A DNA stretch of 64,000 bases. Source: Thermoplasmata archaeon (lineage in GTDB: Archaea; Thermoplasmatota; Thermoplasmata; Lutacidiplasmatales; UBA184). The stretch lies in the NCBI GenBank assembly GCA_021823345.1, contig JAKAOF010000004.1:15055-79054 (forward strand). The letters are read 5' to 3'. The notes under the pieces were generated by a model, which saw only the letters and a program-made list of their open reading frames with translations, ran no database searches and was not told where the DNA came from. Below, piece after piece: positions 48,060 to 57,866 of this stretch. The position numbers and the translations under genes are program-made. How positions within the stretch are numbered: position 1 is the first letter of the stretch; each line of letters begins with the position of its first letter.

Positions 48060-49177
48060 GCGGACCGGACGTGAAGCGGTCCCAGCCTCCCCGGGGACCG
48101 GGGAGCCCGGCGAGTCCGTCCCCTGCCCTCCCGGAGCTGGACCTCTCCCTGCTCGAGGGGATAAGGTTCGGGTGCCTCCCGAACTGTGGCCTGTGCTGTT
48201 TTGCGACCCCGGCGGTCTCCCAAGAGGAACAGGTCGAGCTCCTCCGAACGATCCCGAAGCTCGAGCTCCTTCCCGGCTCGAACGGGTACTCCCAGGTGGC
48301 GAGCCGAGCGGAAGGCGGCGCCTGCCAACTGTTGAAGGGAAGCCGTTGCCAGGCGTACACCTGCCGTCCTTTCCCGTGCACCGAGTACCCGATCATGGTC
48401 CACATCGGGTCACGTGCCCAAGCGAGTGTCTGCCTGAGCTGCCCGGGGATCAGCCTGGATCACCTCGAGGACTTTGCCACGTCCAACGCGCGTCGAGCGG
48501 AGCCGAAAGGATTGGAACAGGAGCTCGACCGGGTAGCTCGGGAGTTCGCCCGTTTCCCGGTCCAGAACTGGCTCCGGGTCCACCAACGACAAGAGGAGGC
48601 CCTTCGTCGTCGGCTCGAACGGGAGGACCGTTGGGAGTCCCCGGAGGACCTCCGATCCCGTCTCCAAGAGGAACTTCCGTTCCCCGAGGCCGACGACTTC
48701 CCGGCGAACCCACCCCCGCCCAAGGAGGAGGGGCTCGAATCCCTTCCCCTCTTCTACGAAGAGGGTACGGGGATCGTCGCGCTTTCCGACCATCCGAGAG
48801 GCTGGGAAGTGCTCTCCATACGGGAGTCGGGAGGCATCGGGTCCAGTCTGAGCGTGCTTGTTCCCCCGGATCGCCCTCCTCGGCTGGACGCATCGGGCGA
48901 ACGGTTGCTGCGAGGGTACCTGGGACTGATCGTCCAGCGGGACCAGCTGCTCTGGTCGGCGTACGCCGAGGTCGGGAACCACGAAGAGGCGACCCTGGGC
49001 GAGGTGGCCGAGGAGATCGTCCGGGAGGCGGCGACCCAGGTCCTTACCCGGGCCGTGATCCGGGCCCAGTTGCGGGGGACCTCCGCGGGGGTGCTCTCCC
49101 GCGAGGACGTCGCGCGCGGGATCCGGGCGACGGACTCCGATCTTCTGGATCTGCCCACCCTCGGACGAGTGCTCTGA
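48056..49177 (+). CDS. YkgJ-family Cys-cluster protein
   Basis: CLPNCGLCC..C....C..Y..RPFPCTEYP. GTGA overlap with the upstream gene. Confidence 0.85.
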   Translation: MSGPDVKRSQPPRGPGSPASPSPALPELDLSLLEGIRFGCLPNCGLCCFATPAVSQEEQVELLRTIPKLELLPGSNGYSQVASRAEGGACQLLKGSRCQAYTCRPFPCTEYPIMVHIGSRAQASVCLSCPGISLDHLEDFATSNARRAEPKGLEQELDRVAREFARFPVQNWLRVHQRQEEALRRRLEREDRWESPEDLRSRLQEELPFPEADDFPANPPPPKEEGLESLPLFYEEGTGIVALSDHPRGWEVLSIRESGGIGSSLSVLVPPDRPPRLDASGERLLRGYLGLIVQRDQLLWSAYAEVGNHEEATLGEVAEEIVREAATQVLTRAVIRAQLRGTSAGVLSREDVARGIRATDSDLLDLPTLGRVL

Positions 49178-49256
49178 GGAACCGCGTTCCTGGGCCCAAA
49201 CTACGGACCTTTTGCGGACCAGCATCTTCATAGCTCAGTCCCGTATGGGGCGGGCC

Positions 49257-49547
49257 ATGGCGACCATTGCCAGTCTGAGGGCCAACAGCAGCGCGACCAT
49301 CGAAGGGACCATCACAGTCATCTCCCCGCCCCGCCGGGTCAACACCCAGCGCGGTGAGACCGAGGTTGCGGACGCCACGTTGCAGGACGAGTCGGGGACC
49401 ATCCAGTGGACCCTTTGGGGAGAAGAGATCAAACAATACCACGTGGGCCAGAAGATCAAGATCGCCGACGGCTGGGTCAAGGAATTCCGGGGCAAGCTCC
49501 AGGTCTCCAAGGGCCGGGGCGGCACGGTCACCGTTCAGTCCAAGTAA
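49257..49547 (+). CDS. ssb: Single-OB-fold ssDNA-binding protein
   Basis: VADATLQDESGTIQWTLWG..GWVKEFRGKLQV. Confidence 0.88.
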   Translation: MATIASLRANSSATIEGTITVISPPRRVNTQRGETEVADATLQDESGTIQWTLWGEEIKQYHVGQKIKIADGWVKEFRGKLQVSKGRGGTVTVQSK

Positions 49548-49807
49548 GATCGAGGATTTCCCTACGGGGCTAATCCCCGAGGGGTCGGGACGCGCGGGCG
49601 AGACCTTTCCCTACCGAAGTTCCCCACACGTCTTCGCTCTACCAGGAAACCGGAGCATCCGAGACAGCGAGCACGGGCTCACTGCCCGTGAGGGCGGCTG
49701 AACCCGGCACTCTTCGGAGCCTCAAGGTCCATCTGCCCCCAGGACGACGTCAACGCCCCGCGGTGCGATCTTCGCGAGCGAGGCGGCGGGACCCCCGACC
49801 CGGGCGG

Positions 49808-51637
49808 TCATGTGACCCGGAGTACCACGGCCCCCTCCTCAAGGGCCTTCAACTGTTCGGGAGGGAGCAACGACCAGTTGAGGTACACCAGCACGGCGCC
49901 CCGGGAGGTCTCGGCCACTTCTCGAAGGACCTGGATGAGCCGACGTACTGTTTTTGGTGAGGTACTGTCGGTCACCACGTCGATCCCTTGGAAGACCACT
50001 GCCCGGGCACTGCCTCCCTGGAGGTGGAGTTCCATCAGATTCCCCAACCGGTCGATATCGGCGGGAAAGATGTTTCCCTCCCCCTCCGTGCGCGCAATGC
50101 GAAGGAAGTGCGCCCCGGCAAGACCGTAGACGGATGAGAGGTGGGCAGGCGCCTCCGTAGAGACGACGAGGATGTGATCCCGCGGGAATCCCGAGCGCGC
50201 GACCATGGCCCACATTCGCTCCGCCTTCTGGGATTCGACGATGGTCATGGGGACCATGGGCCAGGGGGGTTCTCGAGCAACGGCGGGCGCTGTCGGGACC
50301 GGAGAACTTGCCGGGGACACCACCTTCGGCGGCGGTGGGGAAGGCGCGAGGGGGCGTGGGGTCAAGGCGGGGGCCGCATCGGCAGAGCGGCGGTTGCGGG
50401 AGCGCAGGTAGAGGAAGAACACCAAGGCGATCACGATGACGGCCAGCACCGCAATGATCCCCAGGAACACCGCCGAAGTCAAGAAGGACGATCCCCCCGG
50501 TGGCGAATTCTGGGAAGGAGGAGGGCTCCCGGACGTTACGTACGTGAGTTCCAGCGTCCCGTTCCCCTTCACCGACACGTTCGTGTTTGCGGAGGCAGGG
50601 GCTTGGATCACGAGTGGACCTATCGCCGTCCACGACGAGAAGGTGTAGCCAGAACACGCGGGGGCAGCGGCCACGTACGTCCCCGCGGTCACGCCGGTGA
50701 TCTGCGTACCGGAGGTGAAGGTCGTGCCGTTGAAGACGAGGGGTCCGCAGAGTCCTGGACTGACCTGGAAAGTGACCTGATAATGGGCGAGGGTCGATGG
50801 GGGGGGTCCCCCTGAACTCGAGGAGGTATAGTTCCCCCAGAGGTCTCCGCCCCCGGGACTCACTTGCACGGTGGTCGAAGGGGAAGTGGGATTCCCCACC
50901 ACGAGGTTGCCCTTCGTCGTCCAACCCTGAAAGGCGAATCCGGGACATATCGAGACGATGGAGTAGGTTCCCGGGAGGGTGAGGAACTGGGAGTTGTTGG
51001 CCTGCGGGGTGCCGTTGAAGGACGGGTACGGGCAGGAACTGGGGGAGAATCCCATCTGGACGGGGATTCCGTAGTGGATGGCTATGGTTCCATTCCCGGT
51101 CACGTAGACGTTGGCGGTGTAGTCCGGAGAGGGTAGGAGGGACCCTGACGTGAGCGAGATATTGGAGGCGGGGGACACCGAAACGTTGGAAACCTCGTAC
51201 CCAAGACAGGATGAGCCTGGAGCGGGAACTATGAGCGGGACAGGAAAGGAGGAGGAAGGGGACACCTGAGCGGTCTGGCCGCTGGAGTAGGCCTGACTGT
51301 TGAAACTCACCGGAGAGCTTCCGGAACAGGGGTTGGCCGGCGTTACCGTGAGGAGAACGGATGCCATCCCAGGAGTCGAGGGTAGGGCTACCTTGGAGTC
51401 GAAGTGCGCGGAGGAAGAGTCATAGGGGTGAGATCCCGCGGCGGAAACGTTCCACGACGAGAAAACGAGAATCAAGAGCGCGACTCCTATCGCCGTGGCG
51501 GCAAATGGAAGGGTGTTACGGCCGAAACCACGCCACCGTCGGATCCCATTCTGTCTTGGAGACGCACCCGCACCCCTCAACGGTTCCGAAGAGAGATTGG
51601 CTCCGAACAATGTACCAGCGGCCCTCCTCCCTTGCAT
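49808..51637 (-). CDS. Membrane protein with extracellular beta-sandwich repeats and a cytoplasmic DUF835-like domain
   Basis: Three P..C...FNG repeats, TM, Pro-rich linker, C-terminal AVVFQGIDVV..LREVAE..G.VLVYL..QLKALEE. Start uncertain. Confidence 0.78.
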   Translation of the reverse strand: MQGRRAAGTLFGANLSSEPLRGAGASPRQNGIRRWRGFGRNTLPFAATAIGVALLILVFSSWNVSAAGSHPYDSSSAHFDSKVALPSTPGMASVLLTVTPANPCSGSSPVSFNSQAYSSGQTAQVSPSSSFPVPLIVPAPGSSCLGYEVSNVSVSPASNISLTSGSLLPSPDYTANVYVTGNGTIAIHYGIPVQMGFSPSSCPYPSFNGTPQANNSQFLTLPGTYSIVSICPGFAFQGWTTKGNLVVGNPTSPSTTVQVSPGGGDLWGNYTSSSSGGPPPSTLAHYQVTFQVSPGLCGPLVFNGTTFTSGTQITGVTAGTYVAAAPACSGYTFSSWTAIGPLVIQAPASANTNVSVKGNGTLELTYVTSGSPPPSQNSPPGGSSFLTSAVFLGIIAVLAVIVIALVFFLYLRSRNRRSADAAPALTPRPLAPSPPPPKVVSPASSPVPTAPAVAREPPWPMVPMTIVESQKAERMWAMVARSGFPRDHILVVSTEAPAHLSSVYGLAGAHFLRIARTEGEGNIFPADIDRLGNLMELHLQGGSARAVVFQGIDVVTDSTSPKTVRRLIQVLREVAETSRGAVLVYLNWSLLPPEQLKALEEGAVVLRVT

Positions 51638-51845
51638 CCCGGCCGGAGTATATAAGACTCGGACCCACCCCCAAGCGTACCTTTTTCATTCACCCAGGGA
51701 ATGGGGGCGTGCCCCCGGGGGAGCACGTGGGTGGTCACTAGTGAAGTTGCACCCGAGTGGGCCGCGGATCCCAAGCGGGTATAGGTCCACGGCCCGCAGG
51801 CTCGGCCTTATAGCTTCAGTATAGTATCTAAACCGTCCCCCGTCG

Positions 51846-52460
51846 ATGACACTCCATTCCAAAACGCTCTCCTCAGATACCTGGCCCGCCTTCGCTCGTC
51901 TTGTGGAGAAGCACAACGGAATCTTCGGAGGATGTTGGTGTATCTCCTTCCATCTCGAACCCGGAGAGAACAAACAATATGCGGGGAGATATCGCGAACT
52001 GAAGGAGGCGCGAGTCCGGAGCGGACGAGCCCACGCGGCCTTGGTGTTCGACGGGCCCGAGGCCGTGGGCTGGTGCCAGTTTGGACCCACGGCGGAACTC
52101 CCCAATATCCGGAGCCGGAAGGAATATGACAAAGGGCTCCAGAAATTGCCCGACTGGCGAATCACGTGTTTCTTCATCGACCGCGAACGTCGAGGTCAAG
52201 GGATCGCAACTCTCGCACTGCGCGAAGCGCTTCGACAAATTGCCAGAGCCGGAGGCGGTACGGTCGAGGCCTACCCGGAGGACTACACTGACGAGAAGAC
52301 CTCAAACTCCTTCCTTTGCAGCGGGACCTTGGGGATGTTCGAGAAGACCGGGTTCCAGAAGACGCGCAAGATCGCGATGCGTCGGTGGGTCGTCACTCGC
52401 AAGGTCTCCCCTGAGCGATCGTTGCGACCTCGGAAACGATCTCCGACTCGGTCATACTGA
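51846..52460 (+). CDS. GNAT acetyltransferase
   Basis: GCWC, VGWCQFGP, WRITCFFIDRERRGQGIA, VEAYP. Confidence 0.9.
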   Translation: MTLHSKTLSSDTWPAFARLVEKHNGIFGGCWCISFHLEPGENKQYAGRYRELKEARVRSGRAHAALVFDGPEAVGWCQFGPTAELPNIRSRKEYDKGLQKLPDWRITCFFIDRERRGQGIATLALREALRQIARAGGGTVEAYPEDYTDEKTSNSFLCSGTLGMFEKTGFQKTRKIAMRRWVVTRKVSPERSLRPRKRSPTRSY

Positions 52461-52722
52461 GTCCGGAAGGGCCGGAGGTGCCGACTTGAGGTTAGCGCAC
52501 GTTCTAACTGTGAACTGCCCTGACGGGGATCGGCCAATAGCGCCTGCCGCTCGTATTCGGTGGGAGTGAGCGTCGGCAGGCTCCCTGCGTGGAGTCTCGC
52601 GGATCACCTTCCTTGGCACCGCCCCTGGGTAAGACCGGGAGGGATTGAACGGTGGTCTCTCGTCGGCGTGAAGGGAGAAAATGACCCGGCCCAGCTTCTC
52701 CTCCGCTCATTTCACGCACGGG

Positions 52723-54054
52723 CTAGATTCCTACCAGGAGCGCAGTGAAGGTGACCGCGAACGTGATCAGGGTCAGCGGGACCCCGTAGCGGGAGAACTG
52801 GAAGAAGGAGATCTTCACGCCGACCCGTTCGGCCTGGTTCACGACGATCAGGTTGCTTGCGGCGCCGAGGAGCGTCAGGTTCCCGGCGAGGGTGGTGCCG
52901 GCCGCGAGCGTCACCCAGATGCGGGGATTCGATGCTCCGTACCCGAGATTGTGGAGAAAGGGGACCGACAGGGCCGCCCACGGTACGTTGGAGAGGATCT
53001 GGCTCCCGCCAAGGCTGGAAAGCATCAGGATCCCAAGGGTCTGAGGAGAGGATCGAGGGCCCGTGGAGGCGGGAATGGCGAGGAACTGATCGAGATGGGT
53101 GAAGATGCCCGCCGCGGAGACCGCGCCCATCACGACGAACAGCCCCGCGAAGAGCAGCAACGTGTTCCAATCCACCCCTTCGATCAGGGAGCGGCTGGTG
53201 GGATGGAGGAGTAGCAAGAGCAGGGCTCCTCCCAGTGCGATCGCCCAGATCGGTAAGGCGACCATGTGGAAGAATTCCGACCCGATGTCGTTCGCGAGGA
53301 AGAAGGCGATCATGCCCGGGAAGATCATCACCGAGGGCCGGGCGCGGAGCCAGGACACCCAGCCCCCCTCGGGGCTCTTCGGAAAGAACGAAATGACCGA
53401 GTCCGACACCGAAAGCGGAGCGTCCCCCGCGGCCTTCTGCAGGTCCGGTCCGAACCAGCGCTGGAGCAGCCAGCCCCCGATTAGCAGGTTGAGGAAGGTG
53501 GGGATCGCGAGGTACACCGCGAAGGTGGTGAAGGGGGTCGGGATCCCGCTCGAGAGCGAGATGAGCGCGTTCTGGGGGTTCCCGAGGGGCGTCATGACGC
53601 TCCCCACCGTGACGGCGTAGGCGACGGTAAGGAGGAGGGGGACCGGAGAAACGCGCATCTTGCGGGACAGGCCAAGGAGGAGCGGGACCGAGAGCAGCAC
53701 GATGGCATCGTTCACGAGGAACGCGGAGAGCAACCCGAACCCGAGGAAAAGGTAGAAGGGAACGTTCTCCGCGCGTCGCGACACCGAGAGCAGCCAACTG
53801 GCGATGTGCGTCAGGACGCCCGCCTTCTCCAGGGCAACGGCGAAGACGAACATCGAGAACAGGAAGATCAGCACGGAAAAGTTGAGCGAAGCGAGCGCGG
53901 CCGACGGGGTCAGCACCCCCAGGGCCACCATCGCCCCGCCGGCGATCAGGAAAAGGACGGAGAGCGGCGGACCTCGGACCAGGATCTGGCGGACGATGAC
54001 CGCGGCGTAGAGGATCAGTAGGACGGCCAGCGCGGTATCGAACTCGTTCGTCAC
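52723..54054 (-). CDS. ArsB/NhaD/SLC13-family anion transporter
   Basis: About 11-12 TM. SAFLVND, GSVMTPLGNPQN, SNVP, TLAGNLTLLGAASN. Confidence 0.9.
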   Translation of the reverse strand: MTNEFDTALAVLLILYAAVIVRQILVRGPPLSVLFLIAGGAMVALGVLTPSAALASLNFSVLIFLFSMFVFAVALEKAGVLTHIASWLLSVSRRAENVPFYLFLGFGLLSAFLVNDAIVLLSVPLLLGLSRKMRVSPVPLLLTVAYAVTVGSVMTPLGNPQNALISLSSGIPTPFTTFAVYLAIPTFLNLLIGGWLLQRWFGPDLQKAAGDAPLSVSDSVISFFPKSPEGGWVSWLRARPSVMIFPGMIAFFLANDIGSEFFHMVALPIWAIALGGALLLLLLHPTSRSLIEGVDWNTLLLFAGLFVVMGAVSAAGIFTHLDQFLAIPASTGPRSSPQTLGILMLSSLGGSQILSNVPWAALSVPFLHNLGYGASNPRIWVTLAAGTTLAGNLTLLGAASNLIVVNQAERVGVKISFFQFSRYGVPLTLITFAVTFTALLVGI

Positions 54055-54106
54055 ACTCGAGGCCGGCTCCCGGGGGCGTTCGATCCCGGCCGGAGAACGG
54101 GGTCTC

Positions 54107-55129
54107 TCACTTTGCCCCGATGTGGAGGGACTCGTTGGTGAGCTTCATCGAGCGCTCAGCATCGGTCTCCAGGGAGAACATCGCGCGGATCGCGTCCACG
54201 TTCTCCGGGACCACGATGGACTCCTGGTGGATCGCCTGGAAGAAGTAGAGGTCTTGTCCCTTCATCTTGGTCCCCTCTTCCCAGAGGACGTTCTCCATGA
54301 CGTCCCCCCGACCCGCGCCGCGGTCCTTCGCCCATTCCATGACCTGCGGGGTTCCCTCCACCCCGGAGGAACCGGGGAAGAGCACGAAGCGGGGCTCGCG
54401 GGAGAACCGAGCAAGGATTTCGGAGACATCGGCCGGAGGATGCTCGAGGCGCACGTGATTGAAGTGGACGTGCATCAGGGTCGTCGGCACCACGACGGCG
54501 GCCGTGGTGATGGGGAGACCTGGGAGGACCGTCTGGACGTCCGGCCCGTGATGCGAGGGAAGCTTCATCGTCGGAAGGATCCCGTTGATGGGACCTTTGC
54601 CGGATTCTCGGGGATCCGCGGCACGGCGGACCAGCGTGGCCTCCCACTCGCGGACCCCGAAGTTCCGTTGTAGGAGCGAGGCGGCACGGGAGAGCCCGGT
54701 CGTGTTACAGGAGACGACCCGGACCCTCTTGGCCCCGAGGCACTCCGAGTAGTTCGCCAAGGCATTGAACGAGTGCTCCGCGACCGCGGCCTTCTCCCCG
54801 CCCTGCCAGATCGCACGAACGCCGAGGCGATCGTAAAGCTCCTTGTTCGCCGTTCCCACCTTCTCCGGGCTGCAGTCGACCACCACGTCCGCGCCCTGGA
54901 TCATCTCCTCGACGGTCCCGGCGACCGGGATCCCGGCCGCTTCGAACTCCGAGCGCGCGCCCTTGCCGGCCACATAGACGGCGTACCCCCGTTCCACGGC
55001 CTGTCGGGCCTCGAAGGTCGGTCGGGTCTTCGATACCCCGACGATCTTCATGTCCTTCTGCCGGGCAACTGCATCAGCGACGCGCTTTCCAATCGTGCCG
55101 TACCCGTTGACGGCCACTTTTACCACCAT
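54107..55129 (-). CDS. gap: Archaeal type II glyceraldehyde-3-phosphate dehydrogenase
   Basis: NGYGTIGKRVADAV, VVSCNTTGL, SHHGPDV, QESIVVPENVDAIRAM. Confidence 0.97.
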   Translation of the reverse strand: MVVKVAVNGYGTIGKRVADAVARQKDMKIVGVSKTRPTFEARQAVERGYAVYVAGKGARSEFEAAGIPVAGTVEEMIQGADVVVDCSPEKVGTANKELYDRLGVRAIWQGGEKAAVAEHSFNALANYSECLGAKRVRVVSCNTTGLSRAASLLQRNFGVREWEATLVRRAADPRESGKGPINGILPTMKLPSHHGPDVQTVLPGLPITTAAVVVPTTLMHVHFNHVRLEHPPADVSEILARFSREPRFVLFPGSSGVEGTPQVMEWAKDRGAGRGDVMENVLWEEGTKMKGQDLYFFQAIHQESIVVPENVDAIRAMFSLETDAERSMKLTNESLHIGAK

Positions 55130-55251
55130 GGACTTCGCCCGTCGCGATGAGTGCGGGAGGTGGATAAAGCGTTCTGGCTAGTTGTCCGGCGTAGCCGGTT
55201 TTGGACGGACCTCCGGCAAGGTTCAAGCCTCGCCGTCGTGTGGGGTGCCTC

Positions 55252-55989
55252 ATGACGACGGCGTTGTACCTGAACGACGCGTACCTCCAGCGGTTCGAAT
55301 CGAAGGTGACCTCGGCCCAGGAGGGCGGAGTGTTCCTCGAAAGCACCGCGTTCTATCCCGCGGGCGGTGGACAACCGTGTGACCGGGGCGAACTCCGTTC
55401 CGCCGGGGGGGCGCGTTGGGCGATCACGGCGGTCGAAAAGTCGAATGGGGAGATCCTCCACCGCATCGCGGGGGACCTGCCGGGAGCAGGGACCTCCGTC
55501 CAGGGGTTCCTCGATTGGGACCTTCGGTACGCCCACATGCGCTACCATACCTGCCTCCACATCCTCAGCGGGGTGGTGTTCCATCGCTTCGGGAGCGTCA
55601 TCACAGGTAACCAAATCTATGCGGACCGGGCCCGGATGGACCTCACCCTGGCCGAGTTCTCGCCTACCTTTGCCCAGGACATCATCGGCGAGGTCAATGC
55701 CGTGGTGGCCCGGAAGCTCCCGGTCTCCGTTCGGTTCCTACCGCGAGAGGAAGCGGATCGGGATCCCAACCTGGTCCGGGTCTCCCGGGACCTGATGCCG
55801 GATGTCCGCGAAGTGCGCTTGATCGACATCGAGGGTTTCGATGTCCAGGCGGATGGCGGGACCCATGTGGCCAATACTCAGGAGGTCGGGGAGGTCCGCT
55901 TGCTCAAGACCGAGAACAAGGGGTCGAAGAACAAGCGGCTCTACGTCACGGTCGCCCCCGCCGTGAGCGCTTCCCCCGTCCGAGAGTAA
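55252..55989 (+). CDS. alaX: Alanyl-tRNA editing protein AlaX
   Basis: FYPAGGGQP, MRYHTCLH, DGGTHV, NKRLY. Confidence 0.93.
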   Translation: MTTALYLNDAYLQRFESKVTSAQEGGVFLESTAFYPAGGGQPCDRGELRSAGGARWAITAVEKSNGEILHRIAGDLPGAGTSVQGFLDWDLRYAHMRYHTCLHILSGVVFHRFGSVITGNQIYADRARMDLTLAEFSPTFAQDIIGEVNAVVARKLPVSVRFLPREEADRDPNLVRVSRDLMPDVREVRLIDIEGFDVQADGGTHVANTQEVGEVRLLKTENKGSKNKRLYVTVAPAVSASPVRE

Positions 55990-56109
55990 AACCCTTAACC
56001 TCCCCCCTCTCGCAACGAGCATGCACGAACGGCAGGATTCGCACGCTCTCCGGACGATCGACTACGGGCCCTCCATGAAGTCGACAGGCCGGCCCTACGG
56101 GGGTTGAAC

Positions 56110-57306
56110 ATGGATTTTAGTTTCTCCGAGGACGAGGCGAGCATCCAGGCGACGGTCCGGCGCTTTGGGGATGAGTTCCTGCGCCCCCGGGAGCGGAAGA
56201 TCGACGAAGGCGACCAGGTCCCTCGGGAAGTCGCCGTAGAGATGGGCCGGATCGGGGTCCTCGCGATGCCCGTCCCTGAGAAGTACGGGGGGATGGGAGC
56301 GTCGGCCTCCCAGACGGAGCTCGTGGCCGAAGAGATCGGGCGGGCGGACACTTCCATGGCGACCGCCGTGTTCTTCCTGCTCGAGGCCGGGTGGGGATAC
56401 TTGCTCTCGAAGTACGGGACCGAGGAGGCGAAGCAGGAAGTGCTTCCTCCCGTCACCCGGGGGGATCACTTCCTCGGTATCGCGAGCACCGAGCCCAGTG
56501 GTGGAAGCGACATCGCCAACATCCACACCCAGTCCTGGCGGGAGGGGAACGAGTTCGTCATCCGCGGCGAGAAGGCCTTCATCTCCGGCGCCATCGAAGC
56601 TCGGGAGTGGGGCGGTGGCCATCTCACGATCACCCGGCAGAAGGACGGGCCGGGGTACAATCTCCTCTATGTGCCCACCCGAACGGCCGGGGTCGAGGTC
56701 ACCCGGTTCAAGAACATGGGTAGGACGGGGATCTCGACCGGGGGGATCCACTACGACGACGTCCGTGTTCCCGCAAAGTATCTCCTTGGAAAGGAAGGCG
56801 GAGGATTCCCTCTGTGCCTTCAGGGATTCACGGTGGCCAGGGATTTCGTCGCCGCGGCGTGTGTCGGAGCGGCGGACCGCGCGCTCGAGATCGGGAAGGA
56901 ATACATCAAGGTGCGATCCGTCTTCGGCAAGCCGCTCGGCCAGTACGAGGGGATCCAGTTCGAATTGGCCGACCTTCATGCCCTGCTGGAGGCGGTCCGC
57001 TGGCAGTGCCGACGCGCAGCCTGGCTCATCGACCAGCGGATCTTCTCCGGGAAGACCTCTCACGACTCCGAGGTCGACCTGGCGGTCGCGGCGGTGAAGC
57101 TCAAGGCGCCGGAGCTCGCCTTCGACGCGTTCAAGAAGGTGATGATGTGGCACGGCGCTTCGGGCTACACGAAGGAAGTGGGGCTCGAGATGGGGCTCCG
57201 CGGCGTGACGAGCTACCTCGTCGGGGCCGAGGGGGGCCTCAACGTCATGCGGATCATCATGGGACGCGAGCTCCTCGGGAAGGAGTTCCTTCCTTATCGC
57301 TCCTAG
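56110..57306 (+). CDS. Acyl-CoA dehydrogenase
   Basis: PEKYGG, STEPSGGSD, GEKAFIS, RSVFGKPL, HGASGY. Confidence 0.95.
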   Translation: MDFSFSEDEASIQATVRRFGDEFLRPRERKIDEGDQVPREVAVEMGRIGVLAMPVPEKYGGMGASASQTELVAEEIGRADTSMATAVFFLLEAGWGYLLSKYGTEEAKQEVLPPVTRGDHFLGIASTEPSGGSDIANIHTQSWREGNEFVIRGEKAFISGAIEAREWGGGHLTITRQKDGPGYNLLYVPTRTAGVEVTRFKNMGRTGISTGGIHYDDVRVPAKYLLGKEGGGFPLCLQGFTVARDFVAAACVGAADRALEIGKEYIKVRSVFGKPLGQYEGIQFELADLHALLEAVRWQCRRAAWLIDQRIFSGKTSHDSEVDLAVAAVKLKAPELAFDAFKKVMMWHGASGYTKEVGLEMGLRGVTSYLVGAEGGLNVMRIIMGRELLGKEFLPYRS

Positions 57307-57464
57307 ACGCGTTCCGCCGGGGGAGAGCGACTTTTGACCTCGCCGGGAGGTGCCTTCCTCGGCCCCTTCGGTGGGAAGATCGGGGAACGGTGCATCGTCG
57401 CCTCCGACGACGGACCGCAAGCCACTTTACCTCGAGTGGTCTCCGCCCCCTAAGAGGTGCTGGG

Positions 57465-57710
57465 ATGGCGATCGCGTTCGTGCTCATCAACACGAAGCCA
57501 CTGGAGGAGCACAAGGTCTACCGGGCACTCCTGGCGATCCCCGGCATCGAGTACGCGGAGAACCTCATCGGAGATTACGACATCATCCTCAAGGTCGAGC
57601 TCGGGGACTTTCAGGCGATCGAACGGGTCGTGGCGGAACAGGTGAAGACCACCCCGGGAGTGCTGGAGGCAAAGACGCTCCAGTGTTTCGATCACTTGGC
57701 GGTGGGCTGA
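57465..57710 (+). CDS. Stand-alone Lrp/AsnC ligand-binding (RAM) domain protein
   Basis: MAIAFVLINT..GDYDIILKV..PGVLEAKTL. This is the C-terminal part of a longer track ORF. Confidence 0.88.
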   Translation: MAIAFVLINTKPLEEHKVYRALLAIPGIEYAENLIGDYDIILKVELGDFQAIERVVAEQVKTTPGVLEAKTLQCFDHLAVG

Positions 57711-57866
57711 CGGCCTTCCCGCGCAATTCCTCCGGGAGGATCCCGGGGAAGTGATCGAGGGTGCGGACCGGTCATCGTCCTACCTATCGCCCGTCGCGGC
57801 TCGCGCGGCCCCAGTTTGGCGCGAGCAAAATGTTATAGCCATCTCAGGAAACAGGTTGAACCTTGA

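Noticed and set aside
57716..57750. TCCTCC-G-GGAGGA palindrome upstream of carA
   Set aside because: It is short, GC-rich and about 90 nt from the TATA box, so it cannot be distinguished from chance.
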